A stretch of DNA of 63,838 bases, counting the filler, from Bigelowiella natans CCMP2755 (Eukaryota > Protista > Cercozoa), in the NCBI GenBank assembly GCA_000320545.1. It is 6 parts of 6 records of this genome, joined end to end, with 100 filler letters (N's around TTAATTAATTAA, not from the genome) between each part and the next. Parts side by side here need not be neighbours in the genome. Positions count along the whole stretch, not along the records: positions 48,249 to 63,838 come from ADNK01001527.1; 5 more parts are not named here. One strand, given 5' to 3'. How positions within the stretch are numbered: position 1 is the stretch's first letter; each line of letters opens with the position of its first letter. This document shows positions 48,330-62,670 of this stretch, in pieces. The notes beneath the pieces are model-generated. The model ran no database searches, had not been told where the DNA came from, and saw only the letters and a list, made by a program, of their open reading frames with translations. Both the position numbers and the translations under genes were made by a program.

Positions 48330-51239
48330 TCCCATGACACCGGATCCAAATCGTCGCAGGAGACAGACGATGACGACATCCGTTTGTCGCAGACCCAACC
48401 TCTTCTAAAGCCCCTTATACTCATTCGCCTCAGACCCAGTATATGCGATGCGATATGCGGGAAGCTCACTTCGGATTAGGTCACGGTTGGGAAGCATGAC
48501 GGCGATCCAACACAGAAATCCGAATATTAAATCAGCCAGGGCTGGCCTGCGCCTCACGAAGGCGTAGCGTCCAGCCAGCATATCCAGGCCAACTACGAAT
48601 ACCCACAGTGAAAAGACTGCGAAGTAGATGCGTGCGCTTGGCTTCGATGCAGCATCCATCATTCCACCGACTCCAATTCTGCAGAAGGGAAATAAGGTGG
48701 GATGGGGGGGGGGGGGGGGGGGGTGAAGAGGAAATATCAGCAGCTTTCTTCACCGCAAACGGGAGAGTGGGAACTGGAGTCAGCTTCTCAGCGAATATAC
48801 TTCGAATGCAGGCACACAGGAAGAATAAACATAAACTACTTGTTTGATATTGACTTAACAGCTATGCTGCTCTAGTTGACAGAATAGATACTACCCGAAC
48901 ATTATCCCTGCGAGGAGTAACAGGAAGAAGTGTTCCTGGTCGTAGAACAGATCTAACTCCTGAAAATTAACATTGGTAGTGACAATTAATGCATGGTAGT
49001 AATTGAAACGACGCGGGGAACAATAGTAACACAGGAAAAGAATCATCGGGTCGGTTTTCGTTTCATTTTCAGAAAAATTCCTCAAAAATACCACGCTTAT
49101 TCTTTGGAAGTAGCATTAGTATCAGTAGTAGTAGTAGTAGTAGTAGTAGTAGTTGTTGTTGTAACCACCGTGTCAAAGAACACGCCGAAAAAGAACTTTG
49201 GCAAGATGAGAACAAAGAAGCCAGAAAGAGACAGAACTGCACCAGTGGCAATTATGGGCCAGCCCTCCTTTAAACCTAGGGAAATTCACGAAAGGGGAAA
49301 ATGATCAAAAGATATTGCTGAAACGATTTGGCTGAATTTGTGTGTGTTTCCCCCTCATCATCACAGATAGATAGGCTTTCCGTGCTAATTTCCCATTCAT
49401 ATATGCGCTAAGCTGTCACCACAGCAGACCCCTTTAGAACCATCTAAAGATGGTCATTTACATATTCCCAACTTCGACAGAATCTCCAACCAGTCTCGCT
49501 TTTTACCTTCGTAAGTTGCCCATGCTGTCAAGTCCACCAGCCACGGCATGTCACCCTGCGATAACGTATTCCCAAGCCATCAGGTATGAAGAGCGAAGGG
49601 GGGGGACAAGAGTCTCCTCTCCGAACCTTTTCAAAGTTTGAGTGCAAGGCGAACAGCATGAGCGCGATAAAAAAGATGAGAAGCACGATCCAGGAGCTTT
49701 CTCCTGTGTTACTCGAATCTTTCCCAAAGGCAACCCACAGCAGGCCGCATAGGAGATGCAAAGACCATGTCACCTGCCAGGCATGCGCTCACGGTTGAGA
49801 AATTTATCTATACCATCAACTTGAAGCTGCATTCACACATCGTTTCGTGGAAGAAAAGAACGTACCAAAGAGGCTCGCTTAGGACCGAGATGTTCAGGAA
49901 ACAAGATCAAACCTAGAAAGGGGTGTTGTTGAAGCAGCAGCAACCCTTACGAAATTCGTATTATAAATGTGTGTGATGTGAATGCGTGGCAAGGAAGGAG
50001 AGAGAAGCCCACCTACGCCAAGACTTATGATCGCATATGAATACGCCTGGACGAGAAGATCTGCTGGGCCACTAGAAAAATCAAAGAAGATAAGAGGAAT
50101 GATATGAGGAAGTGCAAGACCGCGGTTTATCTTCCGACTTTTCCATCAAAGAAGCGCAAGTACCCGAATGGTAGAGGTGTTGGGAAGTAGAGAGAATTAC
50201 ACCATTTTGGTGCTACCCTCAACAAGAACCCGATAAATACTGAGCTCCATCCTGCGAAAGACAACCTCTTAGTGAGAGATTATAGGAAGAAGGATCGAGG
50301 AGGATTCAACCACCTTGGATTTTAGAGCAGTCTCCCGCATTGAAGATGGGAAAGAAGTCCTGGCTTCTAGACTCAGCTGTCGATGCCATGGTGCACTAGA
50401 GGTTGTTTGGTATTTATTCAGGATTCTTTCAACGATCTCTCTCTCGTATCGGTTTGGTGTGAAACAACTGCTTTCTTCCTCCTCTCGGCTAGCTCTTTTG
50501 TAGAAAGGAGCCGTTCGACTTGACAAGATCTCAAACCGAAGATGTTTCCCAAACCGAAAACAGAAAATCCAATACATTATTTATCTACGACAACCTCCAA
50601 ACGGACTCCGAAACGTGTACTCGAGTGCTTCCGAACGGAATCCGTTGGAATTAAGACCTGCGACTACGACAAAGGATTCCAAGTGTGATGTGGGTTTTTG
50701 CCCTGCACTCTTCCCGAAAGGTACCATCGATGCCTGTGCTCTGTGCTCCGATAAAATCGTGGTGAATTTTTGTCTAGCTCAATTCATCATTAACCCCAAA
50801 GTCGCAACGAAAGCGTCTACTCGTAATAAAATGTACATAAAAAATGAGTGGAAATTTGTCTGCGACAATGAAACTCGCCGAGGGGGGGAAAGAATAATAA
50901 TTCGGGGATTTACGTTTTCCTTCTACGACAAGGTTTTTGCGAAGACTCACACAACGAAGCTGTGCTGGCCTGTGTACAAGATCTTTGGTATCTCAACAGA
51001 AAGCTATGGAGCTTTATATCCAGGACGAAAATGGTATGAAGTTACCCAACGACTTCGAAAATGGATGTTTTTGGAGCATTTATTATTCTCTGATGGTAAC
51101 GCGTGCCTGAGAATAAGGCTGGAAGCTCATTATTCTAGAATGACGTCCTAGAAGGGGGGTCATAGAGTGGGAATTTGCAGCCCATTGTGAAGCCTAAGCG
51201 GCAGAGAGAAAGGTAGTTCCTTGATGCATCCTCCTGCAT
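48330..51239 (-). CDS. Hypothetical polytopic membrane protein, multi-exon, 3' end lost in gap
   Basis: Many hydrophobic spliceable exons: VTWSLHLLCGLLWVAFG..WIVLLIFFIALMLFALH, GWPIIATGAVLSLSGFFVLILP, HFFLLLLAGIMFG, IYFAVFSLWVFVVGLDML. Start position is tentative. Confidence 0.5.
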
Positions 51240-51428
51240 CTTAATCAAATTTTACGTATGGATTTTGTCTCTACCCGGGAATGAGCTCAACAAATGCGCC
51301 CCGGTGGAAACATATCGATTCTGTTCTTATTCGTCGTACTCTATACTCATCCCTATTCATTCCTCTGAAAAAATATCTATTTTCGAAACAGGCCCTTCGA
51401 TAGCGTGCGATACAAATTCCCTTCAAAA

Positions 51429-52958
51429 ATGTTGTTCCGGTGGCTTGTGCTGAGTCCTCTCCTTCTCTTATGCACCTGCGTTCCGGTTAATTTCGGAGTA
51501 CTATCACCAAAAAGAACGGCGCCAAACAGAGGAGGTGCGGCAGCCCAAACAAGACTTCTTCATCGAAGAATATCACTATTAAATGGAGGTCATCCAGATC
51601 GCATGGTGTTGTACGAAATCCCAGCACCCCGCTAGATCGACCCTGCTTGGCTTTGCACTAACAATTGCCATGGTTTTCATCACACACAGCTCCTACGTCG
51701 TGTAGACGGGAGGCGGGAAATCATTGGATTATCGGAAACCGTCCGTCGATAAGAATGTTTAGTAGCGAAAAGGTGACTTGATCATCAACAATACAACCAC
51801 CATCGTGTCCAAAACATAGCACATCAAACACACGATAGCAGCGTAAGATGTTTGTTCGTGCACACACACATTGTAGGCCCCCGAGAGTCCAGACACAAAG
51901 AGAAGGTACTGCTTTTATTTCGTCTCTGATCTTTCCCCATTGAATGAGATGTGTTGTGGGTCGTCGCCGCGGTTGCCATTGCCATCCATCCACTTCCATG
52001 CCATCCCACGACACCAGTGTCATCATCATCATCATCATCATCATCGTCCCGAGAGTGAGCTGTTCGCCGCATAGATATTCGCACTCGGAGGAGATGCGGA
52101 AAAGGATTTCTGAGAGAACACGAGAGGCCTTAGCGAGGCCTGAGGTATCGACTAATCTTCATGTATGTTTCTGTAGATATAGCGTTTACCTGTCCATCAT
52201 AAGACCACTGCGACACTTAGCAACAACCCTCCTCCCCACGTAACGTTCCTTGTTCTTTTTACTCCTCGTGGCGTTACAGGTCAAGAACAAGATGAGATCT
52301 AAATCAACCGGTGCGTTTTTAAAAAAATAGAAAATCGTATCATATAAAACGGTACCTCTTTCGCGATTTTCTCTCCCTCGCCATGTTAGCTGTGATCTAA
52401 TTTTTATGATAAATGAATGTGAATCTATAACATAATATATATATATATATATATATACACTTGTGCGCGTGTTCGCAGAGCTTTCGGCTAATCTGATGTT
52501 GCGCTTTGCGTACGTTTGCCTTTTCCCTGAGTAGGCGCCATATCTGCGGACACCAGAAAGAAAATCGGCGAATCCGTCGCCAAAGCTTATGCCAAGTAAT
52601 AATCCCTACCATCACAATAGATAGATAGAAGAAGCGAGTAGGGTGCTGCTGCCTGCTGGGAACACTGCCCCGCCACACTGATGCCCCGCCACACTGATTA
52701 TGTTGGTTTGATTTATTATTCGTGATATGGACAATGGAAAACGCACACCCCACGAATATATATGTTGTTGCTATGACTGCGACTACCAATGTACCGGCTG
52801 CTGCTACTAATGATGCTGACGACGATATGATGACGATGATGGCGAGAACAACGTTGATGACGCACAACCATATATATCAGCATGCCAGCCGAGAAGAAAC
52901 AGAAGTCTGAGGCACATAGGTAAACCGACGTTGTTGTTGTAGTAGTAGTGTATATGAC

Positions 52959-52989
<31 letters not shown>

Positions 52990-53334
52990 GGTATGATAAC
53001 ACGGAGAAAGGGAGGAGGAAACTAGTTGTGTGAAAATGAAGTCCGAGTTGTGCGTGGAAGAATGCATAAGATGTAGCAACGCTCGATGAATCAAGCTCAT
53101 GGAGGAGGAGGCTATGTCACCATTCAATACAACTACTACTACTACTACTACTACTACTATTACTTCTTACTACTATTACTACAACTGCTATTAACACCAC
53201 TTGGATGCTTGCTTTAGGAGGAAAATCGCTGAGTCAATTCGCAAAAAGTGGGCCGATGAAAACTATAGGAGGAAGGCTACTTCTGGTAATAATGCGTCAA
53301 TCAATGATTGGTATAGGTTGCTGCAGCCGTTGAT

Positions 53335-53366
<32 letters not shown>

Positions 53367-53532
53367 TGATTTCATATGCTCGAGCACTTGAGAATATGGT
53401 AAAACCTTCACCGAGGATATGCAACTCTATTGATAGAAAGGATCATGATAAGAATGGCTTGCGTATTGCTACTAATATTATTACCATCATGGGTATAATA
53501 TTCACGACGAACATAACCCCTCAGCGAACATA

Positions 53533-53582
<50 letters not shown>

Positions 53583-53986
53583 ATATCAGGAATGTCAAAA
53601 GCGATGAAGGAGAAGTGGGAAGATCCAAAATACAGGTAGGTGTGTGTGTGTGTGTGTGTGTGTGGCCAGGTAGTAGGAACTACGTCTTTGGGATTAAAAG
53701 GAGAACCATGATGCTGATGCTGATTTGATGACGATGACGGCATCTATGTGCTCGCAATAACGCAATTCTGGCAATGGCATTTCTTCTTCTGCACTTCTAA
53801 TTTTTCGTGTCCTTTTACCAGAGAGGCCAAAAGCAGTAGCACTGTCGTAGATATTTCCAGGTATGAATTTAACTTATTGTTTAACTTATTGAATGCCCTC
53901 CTCGCCAGTGAGAGACGGCGGTGATGATAGCGACAGATACAGATAGAAACTGTGGCTTTTCCCATATGTTTGCTTCAATGTGTAAA

Positions 53987-54033
<47 letters not shown>

Positions 54034-54319
54034 AATCAACTTCGCGGTGATTTCGCGTTGTTTTCCCGGCAATGTTGTGTGTTACTTGTAACTTTTATGC
54101 TTACCTACCCCCTATGCATGTCATCATCAATCTCAGCGCTGGTGGAGGGCGCAAAAGGGCGGGGGGGGCAAAGAAGAAAGTCAAACCTGCTGCAATCACG
54201 AAGGAAGCTGAAGCTATCATCAGCAGTGTGCGTAACATCATACACATGTGTCTTCTACCTATATTCTTCTGGCTACAACTGCCATTTACTGCTACAATTA
54301 CTACTACTCTCTCCCTTCA

Positions 54320-54364
<45 letters not shown>

Positions 54365-54519
54365 GTGTGTGTGTGCGTGTGTGTGTGTGTGTTTTTGATG
54401 CTGCTAAGTTGTTAATTGACCAACATTGCTGCTGGTAGGCGCAAAAGCTGCAAGATACGCGCACTAAAGTCATCCGCATCGCTAATGCTGTGGAACAACT
54501 CGCAAAGTCGCCCTTATCG

Positions 54520-54559
<40 letters not shown>

Positions 54560-54915
54560 GCGCGCGCGCATATATATATATATATATATATATAATGCTT
54601 TCTTGCATTTGATCATCATCATTATCATCATCATCATCATCGTCCCCCTTCTTCCCATCATCGTCGTTGTCTTTGCTACTCCCCGAACAGACAAGCAAAG
54701 ACGGAGAGCACCGAAAAGGCTATATCACAGGTAGTAGTAGTAGTAGCTCATTATCGGTTTTGACATTAATCATGATGGTGATGATGATGGTGATGATGAT
54801 GATGATGATGATGTTGCGGGGGGATTTGGACGTCCTGCTCCTTATTTCCCCACAGCTCATCCCCCTCCTCCTCCTCCTCCTCCTCCTCCTCCTCCTCCTC
54901 CCCCTCCTGCTACCG

Positions 54916-54948
<33 letters not shown>

Positions 54949-55348
54949 TCACTAACTACACAATTGCATTGGACGATGATACATCCTTCCTCTACTCCGA
55001 CAATCATCAATCATCCGCCGCCTCCTCGGCTATGATCGTGGTTGCTGGGGTCTCTCTCTAATCTACTGCATCCCACACAACACAACAAACAAAAAGGCGC
55101 GCACCAATCTCGACGCGCTTCGTAGCGGGATCGACAAGCAAAGGTACTACCTCTGATAGTGGTAGTAGTAGAAGTAGTAGTGCGAGGACTCGCAGCAGCA
55201 GCAGCGAATTGAGCCTTTCTGCTAGTCTGCGTGTTATGTAGCCGATGAAGCTGCTTTGTTGCTGATTAGAAGATGATGCTACTTCTCTAGCATCATCATT
55301 TTCTTTCCCCTGCTCTGCACCGTAGTAATATGTGACTGCCTGCTTGTA

Positions 55349-55387
<39 letters not shown>

Positions 55388-55948
55388 TGTGTGCGTTACG
55401 ATAATGTGTCGTTCCTTTAGAATACACTTACATCGTTCTTATACTCTTCGCCATCATTGTCATCATCATCATCATCATTAATTATCATTAATTATCATCA
55501 TTTTATCATGTTAGTGAGAAACTAAAAGACAGCCTCCGCAGCTACTTGGACATTCGGACCGGTGAGAAAGAGCCCTGACGTCGCTTTCCCATATTTCTTT
55601 TAAAACAAGGACGAGGAAAGGGAGGGGGGTGGGCCGCAGTGTTCTAGATCTTCCGATTCTCCTTTGCTTCTATCTACCAGTTATACACTGACATCGTCCT
55701 TGCGAAGACTAATAATAGCACATGCACGTTATACACTCTTCCTATTTTCCATGCGTCGGTCGGTGATAACCCCCCCGCTCTCCCCCCCCTTTTCTCTACC
55801 CTCGCATAATATCATCGGTCCACAAAGGGAAATTATCGAGGCGGTCGCTGATGACAGACGTCTTTGAGCAATTCAACCTGAAGCACGTTTACGACGAAGT
55901 GAGAGCTAGTTGCACTTTTATAAAGCTTAAACGCTCTCTCTCTGTCTC

Positions 55949-56018
<70 letters not shown>

Positions 56019-56021
56019 CGC

Positions 56022-56067
<46 letters not shown>

Positions 56068-56965
56068 GTGTGTGTGTGTGTGTGTGTAATTAAGTCTATC
56101 GCATAAAAATGTGGAAGATACTGCTTATGTCCAATATCTGAAACGTGTGCGTGTGCGCGTGTGTTGCGCAGGTCCTCGAGGAACTAGCACCAACGAAAAA
56201 GAAAACGGATGAGGTGAGATAACAATAAGAACAATAATAGTTGTAATAATGAAAGCTGCGGTCGTTTCGTAAACATGGTGCAATTACTTCCTCTCCCCCC
56301 ATTTCCTCGCTTTCCTCAAGCTAGTTAAACTTTTGTACAGCATCCTTAACGATTGCTATCTGGTCCCTCCCATTATTCTCCTTTCCTCCCTCGATTTTGC
56401 ATTTCCCTCGAATTCTAAAGGGAGTGAAGAAGCAATCAGCGCCCTCCCCCTCATCATCATCACCACCAACTGCTGCAACGGATGGCAATGATGCTGCTCC
56501 AAAGGAAGGTGCTAAGAACCCTTATTGTGCTGTTTCGCTTGTTATCTTGCAGAACTACTCTACCGTCACAGTGACATATGCTACCTGCCTTGTTGCTGTT
56601 TTGCTGATTAGGAGGAGGAGAAGGGAGTGAGGAGGAGTCTGATAAGATGACATCGAAAGATGAAGGCCTCGCTCCAAGTACTGATGATAAAGGGAGAGGG
56701 AAGGGGAGGGGGATTGCAGTGCTGTGGTGACGATTGGTGCTTACGTTATGATGATGATGATATGTGGGTGGTGGAAGAGGAGGATACGGGATGATGTGAC
56801 GAAGGCGATGGATGATGATAATAAGAATTAGTGCGGAGAGAAACAATCTTATGGGGGGGAGATACGTGAGCGTGTACCCTTCAATAACTACTGATAATAC
56901 TGCTATCAGATGGAGAGGGTCTGTGGAACTTAGACCTAGGCGCTATGACTCTCGAAGAATCCTGA
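51429..56965 (+). CDS. NUMOD3 (nuclease-associated modular domain 3) repeat protein with signal peptide plus transit-peptide-like leader
   Basis: Leader MLFRWLVLSPLLLLCTC followed by an Arg-rich stretch; exons HSEEMRKRISERTREAL, ISADTRKKIGESV, KSEAHR|RKIAESIRKKWADENYR, MSKAMKEKWEDPKYR; helical C-terminal half. Confidence 0.75.
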
Positions 56966-57293
56966 AGCTCGACGAAGAAGAAGAAGAATTATAGGGAGGA
57001 AGCGGACCACGTAAACGTCACTATTGGCATGCATGTGCATTCTTGCTTCTTGCTTCGTTGAACGATCGTAGTAGTGCTTCGTCACTTCCAGTGTAGCAGA
57101 TAATTGTCTAAATTCACTGCGATACGATGCAATCTGATGTTTGCTATCGCTAGATCGGGTGCACGTACACAATTTAATATGCCACTCTAGCATTGTTGCG
57201 TACGCTGTGTGTTCATCATTGTGCCACACGTTCTAGCGTCGATAGGTCGCGACAGCGCGCGTGCTCCCATCGCATGTGTGTGTGCGCGCGCGC

Positions 57294-57326
<33 letters not shown>

Positions 57327-58058
57327 CGTAGCACATGTACACCTATACACACTGTATAACTGCGCATGCTAGCTAGCTAGCATGTCTGGGCTGTTCTAGT
57401 GTGCGACGTTGCTGTCGATCATGTGCGCATGCATGGAATCTGCTTTCCAGCTAGTGTGTCGTCTCAGTGTTGCTAGTCCAGTAGGTCCATTTCAGATTCA
57501 CTTCACTGTACCTCCACAGATCATGCAACGCCTGCTTGCGCAGATCTCTAGATCTGCGATGAAGATTGTGTGCAATTGCAATCTGGCAATCTAGCAATGT
57601 CGTTCCTCTGGTCAATCGCTTGCATTCGCATTGACCTCAACTAGCTCAACGTGTGTAGCCGCCACAAACCATCTGAACTTCAACAATCTGTGCATCCTTC
57701 CTGATGTCCCTATAACAGCAGCATTGGTGTACTGGGTGTGCTGTCTAGCTGTGCTGCACATGCTAGACATCATGAATTGTGCATTTTCTCGGGTTTTGAG
57801 AACATTTGGCGTTCGGATGAACGCTCGTCGCAAGTTGTAAATCGAAGTAATTTCCATCTCATTTTGTTTTTGTCGAAAATTCCACGAAAGATCTCGAGGG
57901 GATTGTCGCAGAGAGAACATCCCCATGAGAATGCTGCTCTTGCTCGTATTTTCAGCAAATTGGCGAACTTTGCACGCATTTTCATCAGAAATCGCATGGT
58001 TTTTAATGTTCCTTCTCCCTTCTGCCTCACCGATGACCAATTTCCTCCGCCTCTGAAT

Positions 58059-59139
58059 ATGGTGACTCTGGTCATCGTTGTACTGGCCATGGGGGCCCTG
58101 GCACACATACACGTTCCTTCCCCACTAGGATCGCCTACGCAACTTGGAAAGGTAAGCCCGCTCTCTTGTCTCCCGCACCCCCTTCAATTTTACTGAGAAA
58201 GCCTGCAATGATGTGTGTCGGCAGGTTCGGAACGTGGCCTTGTCGCATCCGTGGTTCTTTATTTGGTGGATACTGCTGTTGAGCAGGCAGTCACTATTTT
58301 CGCTCTCACTGCGAGGAATTCTTATCACGGTGAGAGGAGTTCCGAGCAGGATGACACCCACTGATCCTGCGTTTTGTACCGATGTCTCATCAGACGGCGC
58401 TCCTGCTACATCTAGCGACAGCTGTAAAATTTGGCTTCACGTATCTTCAAGTCGCACGCCAACTTCTAGGGAAAAGGGGCTCCACACTGGTCAATCTAGC
58501 GATGTGTATGAAATGAAGCCCGCGTGCGTAGAACCAATGTCAAACCAATCCTCCTCAAGAAATGCTGCTAATTTAACTAGGTCCGGCGTCCTCTGCTGTT
58601 AGTCCTTTGGGCGCTCTCTCCGATTCGTCCATTTTTGCTAGGCCCGTTCCTCTTCATTGTACGTGATTCTATCGTCTTGTACGTGTCTTGATTCATGCAT
58701 GCAAACATCGGGTTTGGTGAGCTACAGCCACCACCAAAAACTGAATACAACAACAAGAAGAAAAATACCCACAACCAAACCTAGGTGGCACAGTGTGTCG
58801 GCATCGTGTCCACGACGTACGTGGATGCTGTGCGGATGAAAACGGAAGGGGAAGGAGAAGGGGGGGCTGTGCGACTTGCGATATACAGCTACAATACAGG
58901 CAAAACTAACGGATCCACCGGGGAGGCGGGGGGGGGGGGGGCGAGCAGTACGAATAGAAAGAGGAGTAACCGCTGCGGCGGACTAGAGGGCTCCTCTCCA
59001 GTAGTAATTCTGATTCATGGAGGGGGGTGGATCGGTGGCACAGCAAACTTCTTTGCTGGACTCTTGCAAGCGCTTTTCCTTGTCATACAAGGCTTTGTCG
59101 TGGTCAAATTTCCCCTGTTTCCTTCTTCCATTTCTCTCT

Positions 59140-59174
<35 letters not shown>

Positions 59175-59822
59175 CCTCCCTCCCTTCCTGCCATTCTTTC
59201 TTCCTTTGTTCCTGAGAGGTAAGAGAGTGGCGCACATAACAGCTCACATCCATTGTGTTGGCGTGGGCAAGGAGGTGGATAGAAGGGAGATGCGTGAGGC
59301 TCTAATTGTAGCACGTACAGACCGATGATAGGCACGAAATGACAGCGCAACAGCGACGAAGACGACGATAATGATGATGATGTAAAAGCTCTGACCAGCT
59401 GATTGAGAATGGTTTTACGAAAAAGGTTGTTCCAAAGTACCGTAAAGGCCTGAACTCATGGCCGATGCAGCTCGAAGACTGCAGTGCCACCCTCGACTGG
59501 GTATGCAAGCAGCTTTGCATATATGATGCAGCCAGCATACATTTGTGCGGCAGGGTGTTCTTGCGAACTGATCATGCACATTTCGCCGTTTCTCACCGCC
59601 CTTTCCGCCCTTCGTCGTCTCTTCAGCTTAGTTAACATACTTATCGATGAATGAAAAGGTGAGGGACAACATCGAGAAGGCACACGGAGGCGATCCGGAG
59701 ACAATACACTTGGTTGGGTATAGTGCGGGAGGGCACATTGCTTCATTGCTAGCCCTCGCTGGGGGAAACGAAACACGGTGAGGGAAGGGGGGTGAGCCAG
59801 GAGGACTGCTCTTTCTTCATCT

Positions 59823-59866
<44 letters not shown>

Positions 59867-59873
59867 CCAAACG

Positions 59874-59914
<41 letters not shown>

Positions 59915-59928
59915 ACACATATGTGTAT

Positions 59929-59971
<43 letters not shown>

Positions 59972-59974
59972 CAC

Positions 59975-60012
<38 letters not shown>

Positions 60013-61191
60013 ACGTTAATATCACTGAACGTGGGTATTATTTTTCGGCTGCTGCTACCATTTGTCGTTGTATTAGAGGGCTGAGAAGTATCGTACTCAA
60101 TTACCCTGCGCTGGACCTAGTAGGCGGCTTACGGTGAGGGAATCACAAAATCCTACTCTCTCGGTGTTTTAACCGCTATATGTTGCTGGCGTTATCCTGC
60201 ATGCCGCTCGTGTCCTCCTTCAGCCTCAAATCATCATTGAGAGTGACGTGTTTTCCTCTCCATGATTTTTATGCTACCATAATTTGGCCGTCATATGTTT
60301 TCGTCATATGTCGAATCAGTGAGGGCCGCAATGCTGCTAATGATGTGCAGGTTCCCTTTCAGCATGAAGGCCCTTGGGGTTGTCAGAGGCATGCCGTTAA
60401 TGCAATGGTTTTTCCAGAACTTGGTATTGCTACTTTATCATCATCATCATCATCATCATCATTCAGAAAACAAAATCCATCACAATGAGAAAGAAGAAGA
60501 ACAAGAGGAAGGAGAAGACTTGAAAGGCTTTCCAAGAGCTTTGTGCTTTTGTTGCGAGATGCAACGATGGTGATGATAATGGTGCCGACGAATGATGACA
60601 ATGTAGGTGATGCGAAGAGACCCCCGTCTTCTCGAATGCCGCGGTGACGGCGATGACGACTGTGCTGCGGCGAGAGTGCGATCTTGGTCAACAATCCAAA
60701 TCGTATCGGCGAGGGCAAAAGAAAACAGTGGCACTGCTAAGTCCGGCCCCGGTAAAGCCTCGGAGACCAGGCCGAGGGTGAAGGACGAGGAAAAGAAGAA
60801 AGAGTGCAACGGTAGCGACATCAGGAAAGGCAAGGTAGCGCTACCCCCCATGCTGGTTTTAGGGGGGTTGCGTGACAGCATCACTCCGCATCGAACAATG
60901 GCCGACTTTTGCGATATGATTCCCCTCATGGGAGAAGCAGCATCCGCCACTATGCACAAAGCAACTGCAACAACCATGCAGCCGTCTCGAAGAACGCATT
61001 GGGAAAGATCAGCAGGGAGAGGTGCGACGGGTCTTGATGCCTCGGCGGCGGCAGCAGCAGCAGCAACCCAGCCTGTGCTTGTCAGCATTCCTGGAGCGGA
61101 GCATGCGTTCGACATGCACCTCACGCCGACCACGCTGTGTGCAATGGAAGGGATTACGAATTGGTTGGAGCTGCACAGCAGTACAGTATAA
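58059..61191 (+). CDS. Alpha/beta-hydrolase, hormone-sensitive-lipase-like esterase family, with hydrophobic N-terminus
   Basis: ILIHGGGW (oxyanion hole), WPMQLEDCSATLDW, HLVGYSAGGHIA (nucleophile Ser), LPPMLVLGGLRDSI (Asp), IPGAEHAFD (His). Confidence 0.9.
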
Positions 61192-61903
61192 CAAGCAGAT
61201 TCTGATTCCCATGTAAAACTTGCGAGCGCTTAAGTGTTTTCGGTTACTTAGCAATTGCCATGTCTGTGCAACCTATCGAGCAATTCGTATCCTATGCTGC
61301 TATTGGACGTGACGGCGTTGTCATCACGCATTATTGCGCGCGTGCCGTCTATTGCTACATTGTGGCTTCACAGTGTCTACTGTGATGATCCCTGTTATAC
61401 TGTGCCTACTACTGGACTAGCTTATATCGACACGATGCGATGTGACTGCCCGCTTGTAGCTGGCGGGGTGCTCGATCCGACAAATGGGAGCCTAGTTCCT
61501 AACATGCGGCCGGTGTTGCTGTTATTGAGACAGATATATACTACTACATATATGCTTTGTCTCTTCCTGCTGACTTGCTGACTCGTGCGCACACGTGCAC
61601 ATATGTATGCGTGCATCTCAGCGCTGTAGCCGCCGCATTGCACGGCTACATTAGGACGACGATTGAAAGTTTCAAGAATTCATTACATCCGCCACAATCA
61701 TAAGCGTGTGTTTGTGCGCGCGTGTACGTGGCATGCAGGGATGACCAAATTTTCAATAGCGTTCCCGCGCCCTAAATATGAATAACCATTGCGACACAAA
61801 TACTTTCTGACAATAAAACAACTGACAATAATTCAACTAAAACTTTACAAAATCGATTTAAAAATATCATTCTTTCAATAATAGGTGTTATCAAATCCCA
61901 TGG

Positions 61904-62628
61904 TCAAGCAAACTGTGCAGACTCCAGTTCAACATCTTCCAGGATGTCCTCCCCCTCCTCCTCCTCCTCCTCCGCATGATTGTCTACAGCACTAGCAGCA
62001 GTGCCCATAACAATCCCAGCCGGGCGATCAGAAAGGCTGTTTTCCTGCAACTCCGAGCGCCGCGCGTACAAGTAAAACGCCACAAAGAACGTAGCCGCGA
62101 TTAAGTTCCCGCCAATTGCTGCACACACGGCTTGCCACTCCTCCACCGGATAATGCTCATTCCTAGGGTACAGAGCTTCAGCATAAGAAGAGTTGCGCAC
62201 GCGGGAGGCGAGAGAATAGAACACTGTTTGCGCGCGCTTTCGTACCCAAGAAACTCCTTTGCGCTCGTCGCTTTAAAATAGAAGAACGCCAGCATGAGCA
62301 TCACGACCCCGTGGGAGAACACCCCGTAGATCGACAGCGAGAGCCACGCCAGCTCCCGCACCATCAGCGAAAGCCCGTCTGCGAACGTTCGAGAGTGAGT
62401 TTATATCGAAGAAACGCAACAACGCAAACAAGAGCGAGTATAGGAGAAAGAGCCGAGTAAACAGACATGCTACCGGCGTACGACAGGACTCCGTAGCGCG
62501 CTCTACACGATAAAGCCTGCAATGCTCCTATCGCCTGCGGCCGACACAATAAAATTCAGCTAAAAAACGTTATCAAGACCCGCCCCGGCGAGGCAAGGCA
62601 ACCAGGAGCCCCCATCCCTCACTCTGAA

Positions 62629-62670
<42 letters not shown>

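Noticed and set aside
50615-51151. 178-aa plus-strand ORF starting at GTG
   Set aside because: No recognisable motifs; overlaps probable minus-strand exons of the membrane-protein gene.
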